From assembly GCA_039798785.1 (NCBI GenBank), contig JBDKFG010000058.1, positions 1 through 32,467 on the forward strand: 32,467 bases of DNA, written 5' to 3'. Below are positions 1 to 8,020 of this stretch, in pieces. The translations under genes were made by a program, and so were the position numbers. Under the pieces are notes generated by a model. It was given only the letters and a program-made list of their open reading frames with translations. It was not told the origin of the DNA and did not search any database. The stretch comes from Verrucomicrobiota bacterium. Lineage in GTDB: Bacteria; Verrucomicrobiota; Lentisphaeria; Lentisphaerales; Lentisphaeraceae. Positions within the stretch are counted from its first letter, which is position 1, and each line of letters opens with the position of its first letter.

Positions 1-98
1 GGCCAGCTCCAATTCACCCCGACTTCTCTCCCCGGAAAGCCCTCTGCCGAGCCCTCGGCACTACGTACTGCTTGACCGCGTTAGCGGGGCGCAGTACA
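1..98 (-). mobile_element. Probable IS3-family insertion sequence end (terminal inverted repeat region), continuing off the left edge
   Basis: The minus strand from 98 reads TGTACTGCGCCCCGCTAACGCGGTCAA, which fits the 5'-TG..CTGC.CCCC...GGTCA pattern I recall for IS3-family ends. It starts where the adjacent peptidase ORF loses protein-like sequence and stops. Confidence 0.55.
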
Positions 99-677
99 CT
101 GGATTTCGAGAAGGGTGACGAAATGGCCCATCAAGCGATTCCATTCGTAGCCCTCCCCTGAAGCCCGGCTTTGCGCCGCAAATGATTTGGCGTCCAAGAT
201 CGGCGGGAAGCCGGAACGCAGAGAGTCTGACAATTGGCGGTGGACTCGCAGCAAGTGATTCTTCGCGGTCTCCGACTTCTTGTCCATAAGCCGGAACTCG
301 ACCTGAAGATGGCTCCCTGCTGCGGCCAGCATGTCATTGCAGATGATGCTCAAGTCGCTCGGCTGAGAACCCTTCTTCTTGTCATAGAGCGAGACTTTCT
401 TGTGATAGAAGTCCGAAGGTTTCGCCCCATACAGATCGATCAGCTTGAAGACTTTCTGCGTGGCGTCCTGACCCGGAAGATCCGCGATCATCTTGACCAT
501 CTCCGGCCTTCCATGGGTGAAAGAATGAAAGATGGAGCAAGGGCCGCAGGCCATGCCGCCGATTTCCTTTTGCTGGATGAATTCAGCTCCTTGAACCGGC
601 GCCCTGGGCCCCTCGCCCCAGACTTGCAGCGCCAGCAAACTGCCGACAAAAATCGCGGATCGCATGAATCGATACAT
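81..677 (-). pseudogene. Secreted papain-fold (C39-like) cysteine peptidase, probably 3'-truncated by an IS
   Basis: The likely start is ATG at 677, with a GAGGT RBS just upstream and a signal-peptide-like N-terminus (MYRFMRSAIFVGSLLAL). It has a QQ..ACGP Cys motif and a GHFVTL His motif. The ORF ends a few codons after the His, inside the IS-like end. Confidence 0.55.
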
Positions 678-744
678 CTTGACCTCGAAATCTGAAACGG
701 GTTTCCGGAATTCGCCTAGTCGCAATGTGCGACCAGGCGGAAGA

Positions 745-996
745 TCATTTCTGGGCGGGCTGAGAAGCGCTTTTCGCGTCTTTGCCTGCTTGCCCGGCGG
801 CACCGTCCTTGCCCGGCTGCCCATCGGCTCCGGCGGCACCGTCCTTGCCCGGCTGCCCATCGGCTCCGGCGGCACCGTCATTTGAGCCGCCAAGAGGCGC
901 CTGCATGACCATGACAAGGGTCTCCTCGAAGTTCTGATTTTGCGCAGGAGTGAGGAGACAGGCGGCGGGAAGAGCCAGGACGTGAAGGAATGACAT
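745..996 (-). CDS. Small exported collagen-like (Gly-X-Y) protein, 83 aa
   Basis: GAGGT RBS upstream of the ATG, a hydrophobic N-terminus, and 11 uninterrupted G-X-Y triplets (GAAGADGQPGKD x2 plus GAAGQAGKD). Confidence 0.7.
   Translation of the reverse strand: MSFLHVLALPAACLLTPAQNQNFEETLVMVMQAPLGGSNDGAAGADGQPGKDGAAGADGQPGKDGAAGQAGKDAKSASQPAQK
794..879. repeat. 36-bp perfect tandem repeat (about 2.4 copies) encoding the collagen triplets
   Basis: Unit cggcggcaccgtccttgcccggctgcccatcggctc at 795-830 and 831-866, partial at 867-879. Confidence 0.95.
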
Positions 997-1130
997 AAAG
1001 ACCTCGGTCGGTTGATGGATGGGGAGATGGAGATTCTTCGGGAGCCTTGAGGCTCATGGAGAGCTGATCGTCAAAACCGAAATCATTACACGAGCGAGCA
1101 AAAGTCTCACTTGAATTTCAGGATCACAGC

Positions 1131-2573
1131 TTAGGGACCTAGGGAACCAGTGCCTTGACTCCGGCCGCCGGCACGAGCCGCATCCGACTTCGTCGTGAGC
1201 CCGACCCGATCCTGGCTGATATCGACGACGATATTGCCGCGCCGATAGCCCAGTTTCTTGATCGGATATCGCTTCAGCATCGTCACCAGCGCCTGGGCTT
1301 GACTGTAGGGCCGATTCGAGTCGACCGAGACGATCACGGTATCGCAGCGGCCTGTGATGATGCGTTCCTCCAGGTCTTTCAGCGATCTTGCCAGGCCATC
1401 CACTCGATAAGTCCCATCATCATCCAGCCGGATGGCGAGAACTCCTGCCGCCTCCGTCCCCGAAGACCCACGCTTAACCAAGAGCCCCCCGGCCAGGAGG
1501 GCGAGAGCGGCAAAAACCAAGGCCGGAAGCCGCACCCCGGGTTTTGAGGAAGTCTGAGCCCTTCGCTTCGGCAAGGCAGCCGTGAGAGGGGCTTCCTCTT
1601 GCACCAAACTGGCGTACAAATCCCTTGCTCGGGGCCTTTTTTCAGGATCCTTGTCAAGGCAGGCACGCAGGATGGGAGCCAGTCTGGTTTTAAGCGGAGC
1701 CGGCAGATGCGGCTCGGGATCAGGAGCCTCTTCATGCAGGATCCGGGCGGCGATCTGCCACGATGTGCCGCCAAGAAAGGGATGTCGGCCAGACGCGAGC
1801 TGATAGGTGACGATCCCGAATGAGAATATGTCCGACGCCGCAGTCAATGGCTCGCCTCTGGCCTGTTCCGGCGACATGCTGACCAGACTCATGTGACCGG
1901 AATCAGTGAGACTGAAAGTCGAGTTTTGACCGGGTGCGGCAGAGTGCCGGGCGCCCCCTAGATCCGCCAGCACGGGCAGGTTTCTCATATCGAGAAGAAT
2001 ATTCGAAGCCTTGAGATCTCCGTGAACGATTCCAAGCCTCTCCAAGGAGACTAAGGTCTGCGCAAGCGCTCGGCAGAAGCTGAGCACTTCCTGGGGCTGC
2101 AAAGCTCCTTGCTGAAGTCGCTGGCTGAGAGTTCCACCAGCGAAGTACGGTGTGACGATGAAGGCCGGCAGATGATCGAGCTCAGCGGCGATCATGGAAA
2201 TGACTCCTCCGACGTCCTCCGCCGCACATCGCCCCAGCATTTTCGCCTCGTTGGCGAAGGATGGCAATAGAGATTGGTCTCGACAGACCTTGATCGCCAC
2301 AAAATGCCCGTCTGGCGCACGGCCGCGATAGACCCGAGACATCGAGCCACAGGCAATTTCCTCACATTCATCATAGACACCGAAACGCAGACCTCCGCTC
2401 GCCGAAGGCAAGGTCGGACGAACCAGCTCACCAAGCAGGGCAGAGTCTTCTAGCATCTCCGCTAATAACCTTTTGCAGCTCCCGCAGGAATCGAGGTGAA
2501 CAAGTTCCTCGGCATCCGCAAGCATCATCACTTGCGACAGCTCGACAAGGCGCCCCTCTGTCAAACACTTCAT
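1131..2573 (-). CDS. Hanks-type Ser/Thr kinase with an N-terminal zinc anti-sigma-like motif, a TM helix and a C-terminal ExbD/TolR-like domain
   Basis: Motifs HLDSCGSC (HxxxCxxC), VAIKV, HGDLKASN, ADLG, MSPEQ and DIFSFG; TM segment LPALVFAALALLAGGLLV; C-terminus IRLDDDGTYRVDG...VIVSVDSNRPYSQAQALVTMLK...IKKLG resembles the ExbD periplasmic domain. The start overlaps the ECF stop (ATGA). Confidence 0.85.
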   Translation of the reverse strand: MKCLTEGRLVELSQVMMLADAEELVHLDSCGSCKRLLAEMLEDSALLGELVRPTLPSASGGLRFGVYDECEEIACGSMSRVYRGRAPDGHFVAIKVCRDQSLLPSFANEAKMLGRCAAEDVGGVISMIAAELDHLPAFIVTPYFAGGTLSQRLQQGALQPQEVLSFCRALAQTLVSLERLGIVHGDLKASNILLDMRNLPVLADLGGARHSAAPGQNSTFSLTDSGHMSLVSMSPEQARGEPLTAASDIFSFGIVTYQLASGRHPFLGGTSWQIAARILHEEAPDPEPHLPAPLKTRLAPILRACLDKDPEKRPRARDLYASLVQEEAPLTAALPKRRAQTSSKPGVRLPALVFAALALLAGGLLVKRGSSGTEAAGVLAIRLDDDGTYRVDGLARSLKDLEERIITGRCDTVIVSVDSNRPYSQAQALVTMLKRYPIKKLGYRRGNIVVDISQDRVGLTTKSDAARAGGRSQGTGSLGP

Positions 2574-3127
2574 GTCTCCTGCGCCAATAGGACGCGCAGC
2601 CGCTTGACCATCCTGTGCCGGATCACCATGCAGTTGCTCAGAGTCAATCCCAGCTTGTCGGCAATCTCGTCATGACTGCGGCCTTCAAGGGATTGCGTCA
2701 GGACAGCAAGATGGAGAGGAGACACACTGGTGTCATCCGAAAGAATCGCGATCGCATGAGCTAGCTGCCCCTCCCTTCCGTCCTCTGGCGTTGACTCCGC
2801 AAGCTCAACCTCATCCAAAGGAATTGCGCCGCTACGCCCACGAATCTCCCTACGCACTTCAAGAATCTTGTATTCCGTCACCCGAAGTATCAGGCTGCGG
2901 AATCGCCCCCGGTCGGGATCATGAACCCAAGCCATTCTGGCGAAGTGCAACATGACTGATTGAATCACCAGATCGACATTGCTCGGCTCACAAACTCCCC
3001 GCCGAACTGCAAGCCACTGAATCAAAGGCTGATACTGACGATAAAAAAGGAGCCATCCGCTCTCATCGCGATTTTTCAATCGCTCCAGCAGTGAGCCTCG
3101 TGTCTTGAATGGATCGGGCTTTTTCAT
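2570..3127 (-). CDS. ECF sigma-70 factor, kinase-associated PVC type
   Basis: Likely start MKKPDPFKTRGSLLERLK. Motifs W..FYRQYQPLI and DPDRGRFRS, and a region-4 HTH (SHDEIADKLGLTLSNCMVIRHR). Confidence 0.88.
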   Translation of the reverse strand: MKKPDPFKTRGSLLERLKNRDESGWLLFYRQYQPLIQWLAVRRGVCEPSNVDLVIQSVMLHFARMAWVHDPDRGRFRSLILRVTEYKILEVRREIRGRSGAIPLDEVELAESTPEDGREGQLAHAIAILSDDTSVSPLHLAVLTQSLEGRSHDEIADKLGLTLSNCMVIRHRMVKRLRVLLAQET

Positions 3128-3352
3128 GTTGCGTACAAAATAACATCTGATCAGCAAAATGCTTGCCGAAATGACTGAAGACTGACAATTCTCCGTGTCA
3201 TCACGACCGGTCGAGCCCATAAATCGACTTCTATCACTGAAATGAGACAAGTGAAAAAAAATGAGACATCCCAAAAAGATACCTTTTTTTCAGCGATGGA
3301 TTCGGCGTCTTTCTGGAAATAGGGGGCGGACAAGATATAAAGGACCCATCCC

Positions 3353-4036
3353 ATGAGCTTGATCGCCTTGACTTTGGCATGCTCCGCCATTTTTCTGACT
3401 CTTCATCGTCGCCGGAAAGCCAATGTGATTCCGGCTTTTATCCCTGTTTTGCTCATGCTTGGAGCGACGGCATTGGCCGTGCTTGGCATGCAAGAGGAAA
3501 GGCTCCAGGATCGGCTTGGAGATTCACTTCGGGATGCAGCTTGTGCAGGACTTGTCAAAGAAATGGCATCGCCGATCAAATCAGCGGGACGGATTCTCTT
3601 CCTGCGTCATCCGCAAGGCGATCGCGACACTGACAGCAAGTTGGCTCATGCGCTGCTTGCGGCTGCTGGGCGGGATGAACAGCCTGAATTGATTGAAGCA
3701 GGGAATTTGCGCTCCGAGACCAGTGTCACCGGATCGACCCTGCTGATTTCGCTTGCGGGATGGAACCCGGATGACAAGACGCCGAAAATTCCTGAGAGCT
3801 GGAAAATCCTAATCTTTCACGGCCGAGTCGAGTCCCCTGCGGCATTCTTCAAGCACCCCGGAGCGCTGGCCTATCTCCGTCCCGCCAACGTCGCGGCACT
3901 GCGCGCTGCGGATGACAAGGTCCTTACCCTGGAGGAGAGCTACAAACGCTATTTCCAGCTGGTGACGCGCGAAAGCCTCGTCACCGAGTCCCAGAGCGAC
4001 ATCGCCACCGAAACCCCCGAGGAGAGCTTACGATGA
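3353..4036 (+). CDS. Hypothetical membrane-anchored protein (two N-terminal hydrophobic helices)
   Basis: 227-aa ORF with an AAGGA RBS. Its stop overlaps the next gene's start (ATGA). Confidence 0.7.
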   Translation: MSLIALTLACSAIFLTLHRRRKANVIPAFIPVLLMLGATALAVLGMQEERLQDRLGDSLRDAACAGLVKEMASPIKSAGRILFLRHPQGDRDTDSKLAHALLAAAGRDEQPELIEAGNLRSETSVTGSTLLISLAGWNPDDKTPKIPESWKILIFHGRVESPAAFFKHPGALAYLRPANVAALRAADDKVLTLEESYKRYFQLVTRESLVTESQSDIATETPEESLR

Positions 4037-4791
4037 AATCTTCACGTTTTACCCTGATCGAGTTGCTGATGGTGGTCTGCATCATCCTGATTCTCGCCAG
4101 CCTGCTGATCCCCGGACTTCGCAAAGCCAACCAGAAGGCCAAGCTGGTGATCTGCTTCAACAACTGCAAGCAGATGGCAATGGGGACGATGGTCTACACC
4201 CAGGGCAATCGCGGCATCCTGCCACCGGCCACTGACAATCTCTGGTCGAAAAAGAGTCTGAGCTGGGATGACTTCATCAGCCCGATGATGGGTGTCCCTT
4301 TGACTCGGACACAGCAGGAATACAACGGCATCAAGGTGTCGATGAAAATCGCCGGCGGCGACAGCCTGCGCTGCCCGCTCGGGAACCCCAAGACTTGCAA
4401 CCAGGTCACCGAAATCGATTACGATCTCGGAGGCGGCTCCTACGGCGTCAACTCCTCCAGCGACCCCTTCCAAGGCCGCTCCTATGCGATGAACGGCGTC
4501 AGCTGGGTGAATCCGAAAAACTCCGCCTTGGGCGCCGGCAACGAAACCGGCCAGAGCTGCTCCCTGGCCAGCATCCGCAAATCAGCATCCGAAGTCTTCC
4601 TCATGACCGAACGCTACACCAGCGGCCGCGGCGCAGGCGACTCGAGCAGCACCGGCGAAATCCGCTGGTCCTTCGCCGGCAACAACGGCCTGCACAAGGA
4701 CAAGCCCGCCTTCTTCGTCACCACCCTGGCCGATGGCGGCACCGCTTTCATCCATCGCGATGTCTTGAGCGAATACCAGTACAAATGGTGA
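4033..4791 (+). CDS. Prepilin-type N-terminal cleavage/methylation domain protein (PVC DUF1559-like family)
   Basis: FTLIELLMVVCIILILASLLIPGL..A...AK...C.NN.KQM and a C-terminal H...LADGG motif. Confidence 0.9.
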   Translation: MKSSRFTLIELLMVVCIILILASLLIPGLRKANQKAKLVICFNNCKQMAMGTMVYTQGNRGILPPATDNLWSKKSLSWDDFISPMMGVPLTRTQQEYNGIKVSMKIAGGDSLRCPLGNPKTCNQVTEIDYDLGGGSYGVNSSSDPFQGRSYAMNGVSWVNPKNSALGAGNETGQSCSLASIRKSASEVFLMTERYTSGRGAGDSSSTGEIRWSFAGNNGLHKDKPAFFVTTLADGGTAFIHRDVLSEYQYKW

Positions 4792-4834
4792 GAGCGCTGC
4801 CTCTGCGGCCCCTTACGCAAGGGGAAACCCGGCG

Positions 4835-5764
4835 TCAGCGCCGCCCCTTGATGACGAAGCGCCGGGGGGGAGGATGCCCCTCAATGGTCCGCGTGGAATC
4901 CACCGCCATGCCGTCCCGAAACGACGCGAATGGCATCCATTCCGTCGCTCGCTGCTCCGCCTCGCTGCAGACGCTCCAATCGAGAAGCTCGACTTCGCGG
5001 AAGCGGCAGCGGCGCATCCAGGCGAGGGCGCAATCGCGTGTCGGCAGGAAGGAGCAGTTCTTCATCCTCGCATAAGGACCTTCGGGAAAATAGGCCTGCG
5101 TCCCCTCGCCGTCGATGCCGATCCCCTCGAAGATCAAGGTGCCGCCCGGCTTCAGGGCGGCGAAAAGGATCTTGAGCAAGCTCAGGGGCTCGTCGTGATG
5201 ATAATGAATGCCCATGCACAGGATCAGATCAAAACAGCCGGGAAAGGCCGGGAGGACCTCGAAGCCGGCGGCTTCGTTGAGCACCGGCAGCGGCGGGGCG
5301 AGACGGGCCAGCGCCTCGTATTGCAATCGGTAAGGAGCGTGGGGCTCAAGCCCGAGGACGAGGCGGGGCGACAAGGCGGCGAGGCGAAAAAGAGTGTAGC
5401 CGTTGTTGCAACCGACATCGCACACCATCGCCTCGCGCAAATCGGGCAGATGCGGGGCGACGCGGCGCCACTTCAGTTCCGAGCGCCATTCGGCATCCAG
5501 GTTTTCGCCGCAGATCGAGAAAGGCCCCTTGCGCCAGGGCAGCAGCTCCTTCAGGCGGCCCATCAGGGCAGCCGCCTGTTCCGGCTCGAGATCTCCGGCC
5601 TTGCCGAGGACGACGGCTTCGGCCCCCGGATCGAAATGCGGAGAACGCAAAAACGGCACCGCCTCCAGGGCCCGCAGGAGTTTGGGATCCGCCGGCCGGG
5701 CGGCCTCGCGCGCCGCCAGGAGAGCCTCGCGCCCGGAGGCGGGAAGGAGGTCCAGCAGGCTCAC
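4835..5764 (-). CDS. cmoB: tRNA U34 carboxymethyltransferase CmoB
   Basis: PWRKGPF, LDAEWRSELKW, DVGCNNGY, FDLILCMGIHYH, YARMKN..FLPT, EQRATEWM and TIEGHPPPRR motifs. Confidence 0.93.
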   Translation of the reverse strand: MSLLDLLPASGREALLAAREAARPADPKLLRALEAVPFLRSPHFDPGAEAVVLGKAGDLEPEQAAALMGRLKELLPWRKGPFSICGENLDAEWRSELKWRRVAPHLPDLREAMVCDVGCNNGYTLFRLAALSPRLVLGLEPHAPYRLQYEALARLAPPLPVLNEAAGFEVLPAFPGCFDLILCMGIHYHHDEPLSLLKILFAALKPGGTLIFEGIGIDGEGTQAYFPEGPYARMKNCSFLPTRDCALAWMRRCRFREVELLDWSVCSEAEQRATEWMPFASFRDGMAVDSTRTIEGHPPPRRFVIKGRR

Positions 5765-6057
5765 AAGGCGATTCCGGAGACCTTGATCATGACAAAGTAC
5801 TCGGCCTTGCCGATGATGTCGGTGCCGTCATTAGGGTAGATGTGCTTGTAGGCACTGGGCGGAACCCGGAAGGTCATGCCTTCGCCAATCACCTCGAGAT
5901 AGCCGGGATCGACGATCGAAGCCCGTCCGAACAGGGTTTTGAAATCAAAACGGGCGTTCTCCTCGTCCTGGCTGCGGCCATACTGGTCTTCGTTTTGAAG
6001 CTTGCAGAAGACGACGCAGATGGTACGGCCTTCCAGGTATTTCAGGTCTCGAGGCAT
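5761..6057 (-). CDS. Hypothetical protein, about 98 aa, coupled to cmoB
   Basis: Likely start MPRDLKYLEGR (the ORF track extends it to 6144). Its stop overlaps the cmoB start, and the codon usage is coding-like. Confidence 0.7.
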   Translation of the reverse strand: MPRDLKYLEGRTICVVFCKLQNEDQYGRSQDEENARFDFKTLFGRASIVDPGYLEVIGEGMTFRVPPSAYKHIYPNDGTDIIGKAEYFVMIKVSGIAL

Positions 6058-6222
6058 GAGGACTTCCCGCTGCTGAAGGTGATTCGCCCCGAATCTAGCC
6101 CCGGGCTTGCCCGAAATCACCATCCCCGACGATTTTTCTGTCAAAAACTTTGGAACAGTGTCATTCTCCTGTTATCCTAAGCGGCCCGCCCCATCCATCA
6201 TCCAGCAGTCAAGGAGCCCACC

Positions 6223-7590
6223 ATGATCAAACGCTTTGCCGCACCCTTCCTCCTCTCGCTCAGCCTGATCAGCAGCGCCTGCGCCGCCGATGGCACGGCG
6301 CCGGCCTCCTCAGCCACCGTCGAATTCGCTCCGGTTCTCTCCGCCGCCAAGTTCGAAACCCTCTTCTCCGGCAAGGCCGAAGAGATCGAAGCCAACTTCG
6401 AGCAAGGCACCGGAAAATATCCCGTCGAAGACGGCATACTGGTCTGCAAAGGCGGCAACCTGGTGACCAAGAAAGACTATGCCGACTTCATCTTCGACTT
6501 CGAATTCCAGCTGCCCGCCGGCGGCAACAACGGCGTCGGCATCCGCGCCCCCTTCCCCACCGGCGACGTCGCCTACACCTGCATGGAACTGCAGCTCCTC
6601 GACGACTCCGCGCCGCAGTACGCCAAGCTCCACGACTACCAGTTCCACGGCTCGATCTACGGCGTCAACCCGCCCGTCCGCGGCTCCCTCAAGCCTCTCG
6701 GCGAATGGAACCACCAGACCATCATCGCCCAAGGCTCGAAAATCACCATCATCGTCAACGGCAAGGTCGTCCAGGATCGCATCGACCTGTCGACCAAAGT
6801 CCCGCAGATGAATGGCAAGACCCAGTACGCCCAGGGTCTGCACCGTCCCAGCGGCCGCATCTGCTTCGCCGGCCACGGCGATCCGGTGAAGTTCCGCAAT
6901 GTCAAGGTCGCCGAACTCCCCGCCGCCCACGCCCTCCCCACCACTCACGACAACGTCGCCCCCGCCGGCTTCACCGCTCTCTTCGACGGCAAGACCCTCG
7001 CCAACTGGAAGGGCCAGCTCACCGAGAAGAACCTTGACAAGCCTCACGCCCGCGCCAAGGCCTCTCCCGAAGTCCTCGCCGCCGCCCAGGCCAAAGCCGA
7101 TGAAGACATGCTTAAGCACTGGTCCGTCGTCGACGGCAGCCTCCGCTTCGACGGCAAGGGACACTCCCTCGCCTCCGCCAAGAAATACAAGAACTTCGAA
7201 CTCTACGTCTCGTGGAAGATCCACGCCAACGGCGACTCCGGCATCTACCTCCGCGGTTCACCCCAAGTCCAGATCTGGGACCCCGCCAACCCCCGCGAAG
7301 TCGGCAACGGCGCCCCCAAAGGTTCCGGCGGCATCTGGAACAACCCCAAGGAAGGAAAGTTCCCCCTCGTCAAAGCCGACAAGCCCGTCGAAGAGTGGAA
7401 CACCTTCTTCATCCGCTGCATCGGCGACAAAGTCAGCATCTGGCTCAACGGACAGCTCATCGTCAGTCACGCCAAACACGAATATCTCTGGGACAAGAAC
7501 TTCCCCTTCCCCGCCGAGGAAATCTTCGAACTCCAGTGCCACGGCAACGAGGTCTTCTTCAAGAACATTTACCTCCGCGAATTGCCCTGA
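6223..7590 (+). CDS. Secreted tandem DUF1080 (3-keto-disaccharide hydrolase-like) protein
   Basis: AAGGAG RBS and signal peptide. Two DUF1080 repeats (LF.GK...GNNGVGIR...ELQLLD...GEWN...GHGDPVKFRN and LFDGKTL.NW...GDSGIYLRG...EEWN...LQCHGNEVFFKNIYLREL). Confidence 0.92.
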   Translation: MIKRFAAPFLLSLSLISSACAADGTAPASSATVEFAPVLSAAKFETLFSGKAEEIEANFEQGTGKYPVEDGILVCKGGNLVTKKDYADFIFDFEFQLPAGGNNGVGIRAPFPTGDVAYTCMELQLLDDSAPQYAKLHDYQFHGSIYGVNPPVRGSLKPLGEWNHQTIIAQGSKITIIVNGKVVQDRIDLSTKVPQMNGKTQYAQGLHRPSGRICFAGHGDPVKFRNVKVAELPAAHALPTTHDNVAPAGFTALFDGKTLANWKGQLTEKNLDKPHARAKASPEVLAAAQAKADEDMLKHWSVVDGSLRFDGKGHSLASAKKYKNFELYVSWKIHANGDSGIYLRGSPQVQIWDPANPREVGNGAPKGSGGIWNNPKEGKFPLVKADKPVEEWNTFFIRCIGDKVSIWLNGQLIVSHAKHEYLWDKNFPFPAEEIFELQCHGNEVFFKNIYLRELP

Positions 7591-7609
7591 GCCTCCAGCC
7601 CCCGCCAAG

Positions 7610-7643
7610 AAGACGGCGCCCGTAACGGCGCCGTCTTTTTTTT
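7610..7643 (+). terminator. Rho-independent terminator
   Basis: 11-bp stem AAGACGGCGCC/GGCGCCGTCTT followed by a T-run, about 20 bp after the DUF1080 stop. Confidence 0.85.
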
Positions 7644-7831
7644 CAACCTCCCAAATAACCCGCACGGAAGCCGCCTGGCGAAGAATTGAACCTGAACGCA
7701 AAATCCTAAAGCGCTCCCCCTCGGGAGGCTTTTTGACCACATCGGCATCTCGTCGGATCAATGCTGGGACTGGCCAGGTTGCAGGGTTCGCCCTCGCAGG
7801 CTCATGCGTGGGAAAGGCGAACATCCGTCAA

Positions 7832-7884
7832 CCTAAAAACCGCTGTTGAGCAACAGAACCGGGTTGACAAGGTTGGAACGCAAT
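7832..7884. mobile_element. Orphan, diverged end of the MITE family found at 26490-26706
   Basis: CCTAAAAACCGCTGTTGAGCAACAGAACCGGGTTGACAAGGTTG aligns with the reverse complement of the MITE right end, CCTAAAAACCGCAGTAGAGCAGCGGAGCCGGGTTGAAAGGTTG. Confidence 0.75.
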
Positions 7885-7978
7885 CAGCGACTATTTGACG
7901 CGAACAGGAGAGCTTTCCCATTAGAGGTCACTCCGCGGATCCTCGAATGAGCTCAGCTATTGGCTGTTGCAGCTAATC

Positions 7979-8005
7979 CTTCTGCGGTTCAATTGAGCTT
8001 GATTC
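7979..8005 (-). repeat. 27-bp dispersed repeat, exact copy of 26215-26241
   Basis: The reverse complement reads GAATCAAGCTCAATTGAACCGCAGAAG, identical to 26215-26241. Confidence 0.9.
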
Positions 8006-8020
8006 GGATACAGAACGATC

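Noticed and set aside
794..879. 36-bp repeat as a CRISPR array
   Set aside because: The units are contiguous with no spacers, are in frame with a G-X-Y peptide, and no cas genes are present.
678..917. N-terminal 80-aa extension of ORF 81..917
   Set aside because: It is an alternative-frame reading of the collagen-like gene. A better start with RBS and signal peptide lies at 677.
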